64,000 nt of DNA, from assembly GCA_963814585.1 (NCBI GenBank), contig CAWFDF010000016.1, forward strand, positions 32,001-96,000. Reading direction: 5' to 3'. Source of the DNA: an uncultured delta proteobacterium. Its GTDB lineage: Bacteria; Myxococcota; Myxococcia; Myxococcales; Anaeromyxobacteraceae. A program made the translations under genes and the position numbers. Every line of letters starts with the position of its first letter. Within the stretch, counting starts at the first letter, position 1. This document shows, piece after piece, positions 8,572 through 20,579 of this stretch. The notes beneath the pieces were generated by a model. The model did no database searches, was not told the DNA's origin, and saw nothing but the letters and a program-made list of their open reading frames with translations.

Positions 8572-11438
8572 ATGACCGTCAGCCGCAGGAGCCTGCTGAA
8601 GAGCCTCGTCGCCCTGGGCGCCAGCGGGGCCGTCACCCGGGTGCTGGCCAAGGACGGGACACCGGCGGCCGCTCCCGCCGCCCCGGCGCCGGTCGGCACC
8701 GCCGCCACCGAGGCGGCCTGGCGCGCCGAGTTCGCCGCCACCTACGGCGACGGCGAGCAGCACGGCTTCGCCTACCACTGCGTCAACTGCCAGGGGAACT
8801 GCGCCTGGGAGGTGTGGACCGACCGGGACGGGAAGGTCACCCGCGAGAACCAGTCGGCCAGCTACCCGGCCGTGGCCGCCGACATCCCCGACGCCAACCC
8901 GCGCGGCTGCAACAAGGGCGTGCAGCAGTCGCAGCTGCTGTACCAGGCCGACCGGCTCCTCCACCCCATGCGCCGGGCCGGCGCCCGCGGCGAGGGGAAG
9001 TGGAAGCGCATCGGCTGGGACGAGGCCATCACCGAGGTGGCCACCCGGCTCTACGAGACCATGCTGGAGAAGGGGCCGGCCGGGAACTACGTGCACATGG
9101 GCTCGGGCATGCTCTCCGAGGCCCGGGCGGCCTCGGTGAAGCGGCTGGGCACCCTGCTCGGCGCGGTCCGCCCCTACATCGCCAGCTACGTCGGCGACAT
9201 GTTCCCCGGCGTCTCGGCGGTCTACGGCGAGGGGAACCTCGGCTGCACCTACGACTTCATCTACGGCAGCGACGTGGCGCTCTTCTGGGGCTGCAACCCC
9301 AACACCTCGCGCATCCCCGACGCCCACTACCTGTGGGAGGCGAAGTACCGCGGCGCCAGGGTCATCGTCATCACCCCGGAGTTCAACGCCACGGCGGTGC
9401 ACGCCGACCTGTGGGTGCCGGTGAAGGCCGGCGACGACGGCCACCTGGCGCTGGCCATCATCCACCGCCTGCTCACGCAGAAGCGCTACCCCGAGGCCTT
9501 CCTCAAGAAGTTCACCGACCTGCCGCTGCTGGTCCGCACCGACACCCGCGAGCTGGTGCGGCTGGCCGAGGTCGACCTCTCCGACCCGCGCTTCGACCGG
9601 TCCTCGGCGGCGCTCTTCGCCGCCGACGAGGAGAAGTGGCACGAGGTCTTCCTGGCCTGGGACGCGAGGCGCAGGCAAGGCCATCGCGCTGCCGGGCTGC
9701 GAGGGCTCCAGCATCGACACCCTGCGGCTGGAGGACATCGACTGGAAGCTCGACCCGGCCCTGACCGGGCGCCACCGGCTCAAGCTCAAGGGGCACGGCG
9801 AGGTGGAGGTGGTCCCCGCCTTCGCGCTCTTCGCCGAGGAGCTGGCCGCCTGGTCGGCGGAGAAGGTGCAGCCGGTCACCGGCGTCCACCCGTCGGTGGT
9901 GGACGCCCTGGCGCGGGAGCTGGCCGGATCGCGGACCGCGGTCATCACCCTCGGCTTCGCGGTGGGCAAGCACTTCAACGGCATGCTCTCGCAGCGGGCC
10001 ATCGCCTCGCTGGCCGCCTTCCTCGGCCGGCTCGGCCCCAGCGGCGGCCTCAACACCGAGAACGAGTGGAGCATCACCGGCCTGGAGGCGCTCTCCGGGT
10101 TCGCCGGCCGCTACACCCACCGCTTCGCCTCCGGCTTCGTCTCCGAGTTCATGATGGGCGACGGCCTCGACGACCCGTCCTTACGACGACGCCGACGTGA
10201 AGCGCGCCACCGGCCTGGAACGGGCCGCCTGGCGCGACCAGGTCACCCGCCTGGTGGCCGCCTCGGAGGGCGACGCCGGCGCCGGCAAGGGGAAGCCCTG
10301 GTGGAAGGGGAGCGAGACCTTCCTGCTCTTCGCCGACGCCCGCTTCCGGCGCAACAAGGGGGCCTACCGCGACGCCTTCCTGGAGAAGGCGAAGTTCATC
10401 GCCTACGGCGACTTCCGCATGAGCGAGTTCGCCACCTGGGCGGACGTCCTGCTCCCCTGCACCACCTCCTACGAGGCCTGGGACCTGCGCACCAACCCCG
10501 GCTACCACCGCTTCGCCAACCTCTGCGCGCCCCCGGCCAACCTGAAGAGGGTCGGCGAGGTGAAGTCGGAGTGGGAGATCTCCACCCTCATCGCCGAGAA
10601 GCTGCAGGCGCTGGCGCTGGCCCGCTTCAAGGCCACCGGCGACGAGCGGGCCATCAAGATCCCCGACCCCACCCACACCCAGGCCGGCTTCCACGCCCTG
10701 GACCGGCTGGTCGAGGAGTTCACGCTGGGCGGCAAGCTGCGCACCGACCGCGACGCGGTGGAGTTCGCGCTCGACCACGTGGACCAGTTCAAGCCCTCCA
10801 CCTCCAGGGCCATGGTGGAGCGGGGCGGCTTCCTGGTCCTCAACGACAAGGCCGGCAAGACCTCGCCGCTCTACCCGGACCGGCCCTACAGCTCCTTCGA
10901 GAACAACCTCCACCTGAGCCAGCGCTTCGAGACCCTCTCCGGGCGCCTCACCTTCTACGTGGACCACCCGGCCTGGATCGCGGCGCGCGCCGCGCTGCCC
11001 ACCGCCACCCTGCCCATCCACCCGAGGCGCTTCCCGCTGCTGCTGATGACGCCCCACTCCCGCTGGTCGATCCACTCGACCTACAAGGTCTCGCCCACCC
11101 TGCTCCGGCTGCAGCGCGGCGAGCCCTGCCTGACGCTCAACCCGGCCACGGCCCGCCAGAAGGGCATCGCCGACGGCGACCGGGTGCGGATGTGGAACGC
11201 GCTGGGCGAGGTGGTGCTGCAGGCCAAGCTGGCCGCCGGCGTCCCGCCCGGCGCCGTGGTGCTGGAGCACGGCTGGGAGCCGTTCATGTACCGCGGCAAG
11301 CAGGGGCACAACGCCATCGTGGGCGACGCCCTCAACCTGCTGGAGCTGAGCGACGGCTGGGGCCACCTGAAGTTCGGCACCAACTGGGACGGCAACCAGC
11401 ACGCCTACGACGCCACCGTCGACGTGGCGCGGGTCTGA
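8572..11438 (+). CDS. Type II DMSO-reductase-family molybdopterin oxidoreductase alpha subunit, Tat-exported (two +1 frameshifts near 9670 and 10181; ~950 aa when corrected)
   Basis: Tat motif SRRSLLK; FS0 motif HCVNCQGNC...NPRGCNKG; candidate Mo-ligand Asp in SYVGD; WGCNP; TPHSRWSIHS. Confidence 0.88.
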
Positions 11439-11451
11439 GGGGGAGGCGACC

Positions 11452-12498
11452 ATGTCCGCGAGACAGCTGGCGATGGTGATGGACCTCAACAAGTGCATCG
11501 GCTGCCAGACCTGCACGGTCTCCTGCAAGACGCAGTGGACCAACCGGAGCGGCCGCGAGTACATGTACTGGAACAACGTCGAGACCCGCCCCGGCGCCGG
11601 CTACCCGGCCGGCTGGGAGCAGCAGGGGGGCGGGTTCGACGCCGCCGGGGCGCTGCGCGAGGGGACCGTGCCGTCGCGCAGCGGCGCCTACGGCACGCCC
11701 TGGGACTTCAACCTCGACGAGGCGGCGCTGGGCAAGGAGATCCGCCCGGACTCCGAGCCGCGCCAGGGGCCGAACTGGGACGAGGACGTGGGCGCCGGGG
11801 AGTTCCCCAACGCCTGGCACTTCTACCTGCCGCGCATCTGCAACCACTGCTCCAGCCCGGGCTGCCTGGCGGCCTGCCCGCGCGGCGCCATCTTCAAGCG
11901 CGACCAGGACGGCGTGGTGCTGGTGGACCAGGAGCGCTGCGAGGGGCTGCGCTACTGCGTCGCCGGCTGCCCCTACAAGAAGATCTACTTCAACCCCAAG
12001 GTCTCCAGGTCGGAGAAGTGCATCCTCTGCTTCCCGCGCGTGGAGAAGGGGCTGGCGCCGGCCTGCGCCCAGCAGTGCGTGGGGCGTCTGCGCTTCGTCG
12101 GCTACCTCGACGACCAGGCCGGCCAGGTCCACCAGCTGGTGCACCGCTGGCAGGTGGCCCTGCCACTTCACGCGGAGTACGGCACGCAGCCCAACGTCTA
12201 CTACGTGCCGCCGCTGCCGGGACCGCCCCGCTACGACGCCCAGGGGAAGGCCATCGCCGGGAGCGAGCGCATCCCGGCCGCCTACCTGGAGGGGCTCTTC
12301 GGCCCCGGGGTGAAGAAGGCCCTGGCCACGCTGGAGGCCGAGAGGAAGAAGAAGAAGGCCGGCCAGCCGTCGGAGCTGATGGACCTGCTCATCGCCTTCA
12401 AGCAGGAGGGGATGTTCCGGCTGGGCACGGCGACCGACCCGGGGCTGGTGAAGCTGGGGCGGCGCGGCATCCGCTCGGTCGAAGGCGGGGGGCACTGA
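11452..12498 (+). CDS. Type II DMSO-reductase-family iron-sulfur beta subunit (NarH/PcrB/SerB/EbdB-like)
   Basis: DLNKCIGCQTC..CK..W, WNNVET, NWDED, PRICNHC..P.C...C, CPYKK, CILCFPR, FGT/YGTQPNVYYVPP. Confidence 0.92.
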   Translation: MSARQLAMVMDLNKCIGCQTCTVSCKTQWTNRSGREYMYWNNVETRPGAGYPAGWEQQGGGFDAAGALREGTVPSRSGAYGTPWDFNLDEAALGKEIRPDSEPRQGPNWDEDVGAGEFPNAWHFYLPRICNHCSSPGCLAACPRGAIFKRDQDGVVLVDQERCEGLRYCVAGCPYKKIYFNPKVSRSEKCILCFPRVEKGLAPACAQQCVGRLRFVGYLDDQAGQVHQLVHRWQVALPLHAEYGTQPNVYYVPPLPGPPRYDAQGKAIAGSERIPAAYLEGLFGPGVKKALATLEAERKKKKAGQPSELMDLLIAFKQEGMFRLGTATDPGLVKLGRRGIRSVEGGGH

Positions 12499-12500
12499 CC

Positions 12501-13677
12501 ATGCGCGCCCTGCTCGCCGCCGCCCTGGCCTCGCTGGCCGTCCCCCTGGCACCGGCCGCCGCGCCGCCGCCGGCCGGGGAGATCATCGAGGTGAAGGACC
12601 TCCCCGGCCCGCTCCCCGTCGACCCGGCCTCCCCGGCCTGGGATGCGCTTCCCGCCACCCGCCTCCTGGCCGCGCCGCAGCGGACCATCCGGCTCCACGA
12701 CCAGAAGGCCAACGCCGCCCTGGCCACGGCCCGGCTCCGCGAGCTCACGGTGCGCGCCGCCACCGACGGCCAGGGACCTGGCGGTGGTCGTCGACTGGAA
12801 CGACGGCACCGAGGACCGCGGCGCGGCGGACGCCACCGATCGCTACGGCGACGGCGTGGCGCTGCAGTGGCCGCTCCACTTCGGGGCCGGGGTGCGCCTC
12901 CCCTACGTGGGCATGGGGGACGATCGGCAGCCGGTGGGCGTGGTGCTGCAGCGCGCGGCCGCCCAGGGCTCGGTGGTCCGCCAGGCCCGGGGCACCGGGT
13001 TCGGCGCGCTGGCCCGCGCCGACCTGGGCCCGGTCCAGGCGGCCATGCGCCACGACGGGCAGCGGCTCGGCTGGCGCGCCGTCTTCGTCCGGCCGCTGGC
13101 GGCCGGCGGCCTGGACCTGCGGCGCGGCCTGGTCCCGCTGGCCCTGGCCGTCTGGGACGGCGGGCGCGACGAGCGCGGCGGCAACAAGGCGCTGACGGGC
13201 TGGAAGTTCCTGCGCCTGGCCCGCTACCCGCTCGACGAGGCCTACGCCGCCGAGCAGGCCTGGGGGCGCGAGGCCGGCCCGCGCGACCTGAAGCGCGGGC
13301 AGGCCCTCTTCGAGGAGACCTGCACCGCCTGCCACCAGGCCGGCTCGCAGCGCGCCGCCGCCGCCGGGCTGGCCCCCGACCTCTCGGAGCTCGGCGTCAT
13401 CTCCACCCCCGGCTACCTGCGCGACTCGCTGCGGGCGCCCAGCGAGGTGATCGTGCCGAACCCCAACCCGCGCCAGCACCAGGACCGGACCGCCAGGCTC
13501 CCCCCCGGCGCCCCGTGGCCGGCCGACGACGCCTACGTCTGGTACGTGCTCGAGGCGGACGGCCGCAGGACCTCGTCGATGCCCGACTCCGCGGCGTTGC
13601 CGCCCCAGGATCTCGCCGACCTGGTCGCCTACCTCATGACCCTGGGGGCGGAGCCGCCCGCCGGGAGGACCCCATGA
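12501..13677 (+). CDS. Gamma subunit: EbdC-like DOMON heme b domain fused to a c-type cytochrome (+1 frameshift near 12772)
   Basis: Signal peptide; DGVALQWP, YVGMGD (Met), AVWDG..ERGGNK (Lys); CTACH and distal SMP. Confidence 0.82.
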
Positions 13678-14081
13678 AGCCGATCCTCGCTGCCGCGCTG
13701 CTCTCGCTGATCACGCCGTCCGGCCCGGCCCGCGCCGAAGGTCCCGGCGAGGAGGTGGAGGTCACCGCCGGCGTGGTGACCGGCCTGGACTGCGCCCTGC
13801 AGGCCCGCGCCAAGGGCGAGCTCAAGCTGCTCACCTCCTGCCCGCCCGCCCAGGCCGCCAAGGGGCTGGTGGTCTTCGACGTGGCCGAGAAGCGCATCTA
13901 CCGGATCGCCGACAAGACGGTCCGGCGCTACCAGCTGGAGAGCGCCTTCGGCGGCGGCAGCATCGACTTCACCGGCAAGGCGGTGAAGCTGGACACGGCG
14001 AAGGACATCACCACCGTCGAGGTGGCGGAGTTCTCGATCGCCAGGCGGCCCAAGCCCGGCGCCTTCAAGGGGTGCCTGTGA
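13674..14081 (+). CDS. Small secreted hypothetical protein (135 aa) ending FKGCL
   Basis: RBS GGAGG, ATGA overlap, signal peptide ending ARA, three Cys. Confidence 0.75.
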   Translation: MKPILAAALLSLITPSGPARAEGPGEEVEVTAGVVTGLDCALQARAKGELKLLTSCPPAQAAKGLVVFDVAEKRIYRIADKTVRRYQLESAFGGGSIDFTGKAVKLDTAKDITTVEVAEFSIARRPKPGAFKGCL

Positions 14082-14100
14082 CGGCGCCGCGAGGGGCGCC

Positions 14101-14973
14101 GTGAGCGAGGGGGCCGCCCTGGTCCAGCTGGGCGGGCGCCAGGAGGTCCCCTTCGGCCACACCGCGGCGCCGCACGACCGCGCCCCCTGGGCCCGCCACG
14201 TGGTCCTCTTCACCAGCGGCAAGGGCGGCGTGGGCAAGTCGACGGTGGCGGTCAACGTGGCCAACGCCCTGGCGCAGCGTGGCCTGCGGGTCGGGCTCCT
14301 CGACGCCGACGTCCACGGCCCCAGCGTGCCGCGCATGCTGCAGCTCGAGGGCGAGCGGGTGCGGTGGAACGACGCCGGCCGGATGGTCCCCGCCGAGAAC
14401 TTCGGCCTCCGCGTCATGAGCGTGGGGCTGACCACGCCGGACGCCGACACGCCGCTGGCCTGGCGCTCCGCGGTGGCCATCACGGCGCTGCTCCAGCTGC
14501 TCGACGACGTGGCCTGGGGCGAGCTGGACGTGCTGGCCATCGACCTGCCGCCCGGCACCGGCGACGTGCCGCTCACCCTGGCGCAGGAGCTCCGCGTGGG
14601 CGCCGCCGTGGTGGTGACCACGCCGCAGCTGGTGGCCACCGACGACGTGCGGCGCGCCCTGCGGCTCCTGCTCGAGGTGGGCGTGCCGGTGGCCGGCGTG
14701 GTGGAGAACATGAGCGGCTTCGTCGCTCCCGACACCGGCGTCCGCCACCACCCGTTCGGCGAGGGCGGTGGCCGGGCGCTGGCCGGCGACTTCGAGGTCC
14801 CCTTCCTCGGCGAGATCCCGCTCGACCCGGCCATCTGCGCCGCGGCCGACGCCGGGACGCCCATCGCCGCGGTGGGCGGAGAGGCGCACCGGGCCCTCTT
14901 CGCCGGCCTGGCCGAGCGGCTCTGGACGTGGCTGGAGTCGCGGGCGGCTGGCGAGGCGAGCACGGGCCGATAG
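14101..14973 (+). CDS. Mrp/ApbC/NBP35-family P-loop ATPase lacking the CPxC motif
   Basis: SGKGGVGKST, DADVHGPS, DLPPGTGD, VVENMS followed by GFVAPDTG. Confidence 0.88.
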   Translation: MSEGAALVQLGGRQEVPFGHTAAPHDRAPWARHVVLFTSGKGGVGKSTVAVNVANALAQRGLRVGLLDADVHGPSVPRMLQLEGERVRWNDAGRMVPAENFGLRVMSVGLTTPDADTPLAWRSAVAITALLQLLDDVAWGELDVLAIDLPPGTGDVPLTLAQELRVGAAVVVTTPQLVATDDVRRALRLLLEVGVPVAGVVENMSGFVAPDTGVRHHPFGEGGGRALAGDFEVPFLGEIPLDPAICAAADAGTPIAAVGGEAHRALFAGLAERLWTWLESRAAGEASTGR

Positions 14974-15065
14974 GCCGCCAGCACGGAACGAAGATTCATC
15001 CTTCAGCGGGACCCCTGCCAGGTCGCTTGACCTGAAACCAAAACTTATTCTATGAAGTCCGACTC

Positions 15066-15079
15066 TTGACCGCGATCAA
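15066..15079 (+). promoter_or_regulatory. FNR/CRP-type binding site upstream of the oxidase operon
   Basis: TTGAC-CGCG-ATCAA versus consensus TTGAT-N4-ATCAA, within an AT-rich intergenic segment. Confidence 0.6.
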
Positions 15080-15127
15080 TCAAGCTCCTGGAACTACCCG
15101 TTTTCGCGATCCTTCGTCCAGGCCGGG

Positions 15128-15959
15128 ATGGCGCTCCCTGGTCACGATCGGGTCGCTGGCCGCCGCAGCGCTGGCGGCCCCTCCTGCCCTGGCCCAGACC
15201 ACCGACCAGCTCAAGCGAGAGGTGGCCAGCATCGGCGTCGAGGAGCGGCTCGGCGCCGCCGTGCCCCGCGCGGCCACCTTCACCGACTCGGAGGGGCGCC
15301 CGGTCACGCTGGCGGAGCTCGGCGGCCGGCCGCTCCTCCTCTCCTTCAACTACACCAGCTGCCCGCGGCTCTGCGGCCTGCAGCTCTCCGGCCTGTCGCG
15401 GGCGCTGCGCGATCTCGGCTGGAGCGGCGACCGCTTCGGCGTGCTGACGGTGAGCATCGACCCCGACGAGCAGCGTCCCCAGCTGGCCCGCTACAAGCAG
15501 GCGCACGTGCGCGAGGCCGGCGGCAGCGACGGCGCCGACCGGGCCTGGCGCTTCGTCACCGGGCCGAAGGCCGACGTGGACGCGCTGGCCGAGGCGGTGG
15601 GCTTCAAGTACCGCTACGACCCGAGGACCAAGGAGTACGCCCACCAGGCCACCCTGGTGGTCCTCACCGGCGACGGGCGGGTCAGCGGCTACCTGCACGG
15701 CATCAGCTACCCGGCCCCGGCGCTCACCGCGGCCCTGGCGCGGGCCTCGTCGAACAGCGTCGCCACCACCGAGGAGCAGCGCAGCGTCGGCGGCTTCCTC
15801 CTCACCTGCATGGGCTTCGACCCGGCCGACCCGGCCCCGCTGGCGCTCAAGGCCATGCGCACCGGCGGCACCGCCGCCCTGGTCTTCCTCGTCTCCTTCC
15901 TCGGCTACCACGCGCTCCGCGGCGCCAGGCGCCGCCGCCTCCAGGAAAAGGCACCATGA
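15128..15959 (+). CDS. SCO-family copper chaperone (start uncertain; ATG 15128 needs a +1 correction)
   Basis: YTSCPRLC CxxxC, WRFVTG, YAH, C-terminal TM. Confidence 0.85.
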
Positions 15960-16929
15960 CCCTCGCCCCCGGGCTGCTCCAGGCCCTCCTCCTCGCCGGC
16001 CCCGGCTACCTGCCGGAGCGCGCCTCCAGCGTGGCCGAGGGGGTGGACCACGTCTTCGGCTTCATCTTCTGGGTGAGCGCCGTCTCGCTGGTGCTCATCG
16101 TGGCGGTCACGGTGGTCTTCGTGCTGCGCTACCGGGCCAGCGCCTCGCGCCAGGCGCCGGAGGCCTCGCCCGACCACTCCACCCGCCTGGAGCTGACCTG
16201 GTCCGGCATCCCGCTGGTCCTGGTGCTGGTGATGTTCGGCCTCTCCACCAAGGTCTACCTGGAGATGACCTCCAACCCGCCCGGCCAGGCGCCGGCCCAG
16301 GTCAAGGTGACGGCCAAGAAGTGGTCGTGGTGGTTCGACCACCCGGACGGCATGGGGGCCAAGGACCTGCACCTGGTGGTGGATCGCCCGGTCGAGCTGG
16401 TGCTGGCCTCGATCGACGTCGTCCATTCCCTGTACGTGCCGCAGTTCCGCCTCAAGCAGGACGCGGTCCCGGGCCGCTACACCCGGATGAACTTCACCCC
16501 CACCAAGGCCGGCACCTTCCCCATCCTCTGCACCGAGTACTGCGGGACCAACCACTCGCAGATGCTGGCCGAGGTGGTGGTCCACGAGGACCAGGCCTCC
16601 TACGACGCCTGGGCCGCCGAGGGGCGCTCCCCCACCCTCTCGCTGGTCGACCAGGGGCACAAGGTCTTCGACGAGCGGGGCTGCACCGCCTGCCACAGCG
16701 AGGACGGCTCGGAGGGGCTCGGGCCGACCGTCAAGGGGCTGTGGGGCAAGACCGAGAAGCTGGTGGGCGGCGGCACCGCCGTCGTCGACGAGAACTACGT
16801 GCGCGAGTCGATCGTGGCGCCCGGCAAGAAGATCGTGGCCGGCTACGACGACCTGATGCCGCCCACCCCGCTCGAGGAGCGGGACCTGCTGGCGCTCATC
16901 GCCTACCTGCAGAGCCTGAAGGAGAAGCC

Positions 16930-16933
<4 letters not shown>
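15956..16933 (+). CDS. coxB: Cytochrome c oxidase subunit II with fused cytochrome c (caa3-type)
   Basis: [17 protein letters not shown]uA site, C-terminal CTACH. Confidence 0.95.
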
Positions 16934-18596
<1,663 letters not shown>

Positions 18597-18600
<4 letters not shown>

Positions 18601-19301
18601 GCGGCCCGGCGTCACCTCGGCCGGTGGCGGGCACCGCCTCGCCCTTCCTCGCCAGCCACTTCCGGAGCATGGGGGAGCAGCTCGACGCCAGCAAGCTGGG
18701 GCTGTGGCTCTTCCTGGCCAGCGAGCTGCTCTTCTTCGGCGGGCTCTTCGTGGCCTACGCCGTCTACCGGGCCAACCACCCCGAGCTGTTCCACTACGCC
18801 CACCACTTCCTCGACTGGCGCCTGGGCGGCCTCAACACGCTGGTGCTGATCGGCAGCAGCCTGACCGCCGCCTGGGCGGTGCGCAGCGCGCAGCTGGGCC
18901 GGCAGCGCGAGCTGCGGCTCCTGCTGGTCGCCACCCTGCTGCTGGCCAGCGTCTTCCTGGTGGTGAAGTACTTCGAGTACACCCACAAGCTGCACCACGG
19001 CGTCTTCTGGGGCGCCGCCTACCACCCCAGCGAGGAGATCCTGGCCTCGCTGCCGGCGGCGCTGCGGGCGGCGCCGGTCCCGGCGCACCTCGGCACCTTC
19101 TTCAGCATCTACTTCCTCATGACCGGCCTGCACGGCATCCACGTGCTGGTCGGCATGGGGCTGTACCTGTGGCTGATCCGGCGGGCCGGGCGCGGCGACT
19201 TCTCGCCCGGCTACTACGTCCCGGTCGACGCGGTGGCCCTCTACTGGCACCTGGTCGACATGATCTGGATCTTCCTCTTCCCGCTCTTCTACCTGATCTG
19301 A
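18597..19301 (+). CDS. coxC: Cytochrome c oxidase subunit III
   Basis: [33 protein letters not shown]. Confidence 0.95.
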
Positions 19302-19312
19302 CGAGGCCGGCC

Positions 19313-19691
19313 ATGAACGACCACGCCGCTCCCCACGCCGCGCCGGCCGCCGAGGCCGCCCCGCACGCGCTCCCCGCCTCGGTGCTGCTCGGCACCGCCG
19401 GGGCCCTGCTGGCGCTCACGGCGCTCACGGTGGCCTCCTCGCGCCTCGACCTGGGCCCCTTCAACATCGTCCTGGCGCTGGCCATCGCCGGCCTGAAGGC
19501 CTCGCTGGTGGCCATGTTCTTCATGCACCTCAGGTACGAGCACCGCTTCCAGGCGGTGATCTTCGTCTCGGCGCTCTTCTTCGTGGCCCTCTTCGTCGGC
19601 TTCGTGGTGTTCGACACCATGCAGTACCAGCCGGACCTGAGGGCCGCGGTGGAGGCGGCGGCGGCCGCTCCCAGCCCGTCATCCCAGGTAG
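19313..19691 (+). CDS. coxD: Cytochrome c oxidase subunit IV (true stop uncertain; TAG at 19689 or 19770 after a +1 correction)
   Basis: LLALTALTV, KASLVAMFFMHLRY motif; three TM helices. Confidence 0.8.
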
Positions 19692-19768
19692 CCCGTCCCT
19701 CCCAGGTTGCCCGTCCCGGCGCCACCACCTCATCGGGCGCGGGGGGGGGGTCCTGCTTCCTCGCGGAA

Positions 19769-20353
19769 CTAGAGCGAGAACTTCACGCCGACGTTCCAGT
19801 AGAACGAGCGGGTGGCCCCGACGTCGACGGTGCTGACCTTGCTCAGGTCGGTGAGCGACCACTCGTACTTCAGGTCGGTGAAGAGGAAGAGGAAGTCGAG
19901 GCCGGCGCCCACGAAGGCGCCGTAGGTCGGGCTCTCGAAGTCCGACTTGGTGAGGCCGGTGACGTTGACCGCCGTCACCACGAAGGCCGAGGCGCCGCCG
20001 AAGGCTCGCAGGGCGAAGTCCGCCTTCGGATCGCCGATGAGGTGGAACCCGACCATGGCGGGGATCTGCAGGCCGGTGATGCTGGTGAAGTCGATGCTGC
20101 CGCTCGGGGTGGTGGAGGTGATGTCCGCGCTCTTCTGGGAGTAGAAGACCCCGCCCTCGAAGTAGAGCGACTCGCCGAGCAGCACCGTGCCGCCCAACTG
20201 CCAGCCCGCCTTGCCGCTGGCGGTCCCGCCCTGCGGATCGGAGGCCACGTCGGTGAAGGTGAGGCCCAGCGCGGGCTTGAGCTCGAGCGCGCCGGCCAGG
20301 CCGGGAAGGAGGAGGGCGGCGAGGAGGAGGGCGGTGGGCGCGAGACGGTTCAT
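19769..20353 (-). CDS. Outer-membrane beta-barrel protein
   Basis: Signal peptide, alternating beta-strand pattern, C-terminal YWNVGVKFSL. Confidence 0.75.
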   Translation of the reverse strand: MNRLAPTALLLAALLLPGLAGALELKPALGLTFTDVASDPQGGTASGKAGWQLGGTVLLGESLYFEGGVFYSQKSADITSTTPSGSIDFTSITGLQIPAMVGFHLIGDPKADFALRAFGGASAFVVTAVNVTGLTKSDFESPTYGAFVGAGLDFLFLFTDLKYEWSLTDLSKVSTVDVGATRSFYWNVGVKFSL

Positions 20354-20579
20354 GGCGGGGCCTTTCCGGGGGAGGGCGCAACGTTCGGGCCGCGGTGGCG
20401 CTGCGGCGGGGCGTCGAGGGCTCCCCTCACGGTAACGACGGCGGCGTGGCCGCGCAAGTTCGCGTCCGGACGGGCGCCGGGCGTCGGAGCGGTACCTGGC
20501 CGCGAATCCGCCTCGACTTCGTTGACCAGCCGCGGCGGTCCTCCCTAGGATGCCGCTCAGTCCAATCGCGCTGGAGGGG

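Noticed and set aside
8572..12498. Naming the molybdoenzyme narGH, pcrAB, serAB or ebdAB
   Set aside because: The visible motifs are shared across the type II clade. There is no narI/narJ, cld or substrate-specific context, so substrate cannot be assigned without phylogeny.
14079..14104. Hairpin ACGGCGCC/GGCGCCGT after the GCL-TGA stop as a SECIS element
   Set aside because: Read-through would run out of frame into mrp. The hairpin more simply covers the mrp RBS/start or is a chance GC stem.
19670..19750. Short imperfect ~18-bp tandem repeats and a poly-G run after coxD as a contingency locus
   Set aside because: Only two to three degenerate units lie at a gene end in an error-prone assembly, so phase variation cannot be distinguished from artefact.
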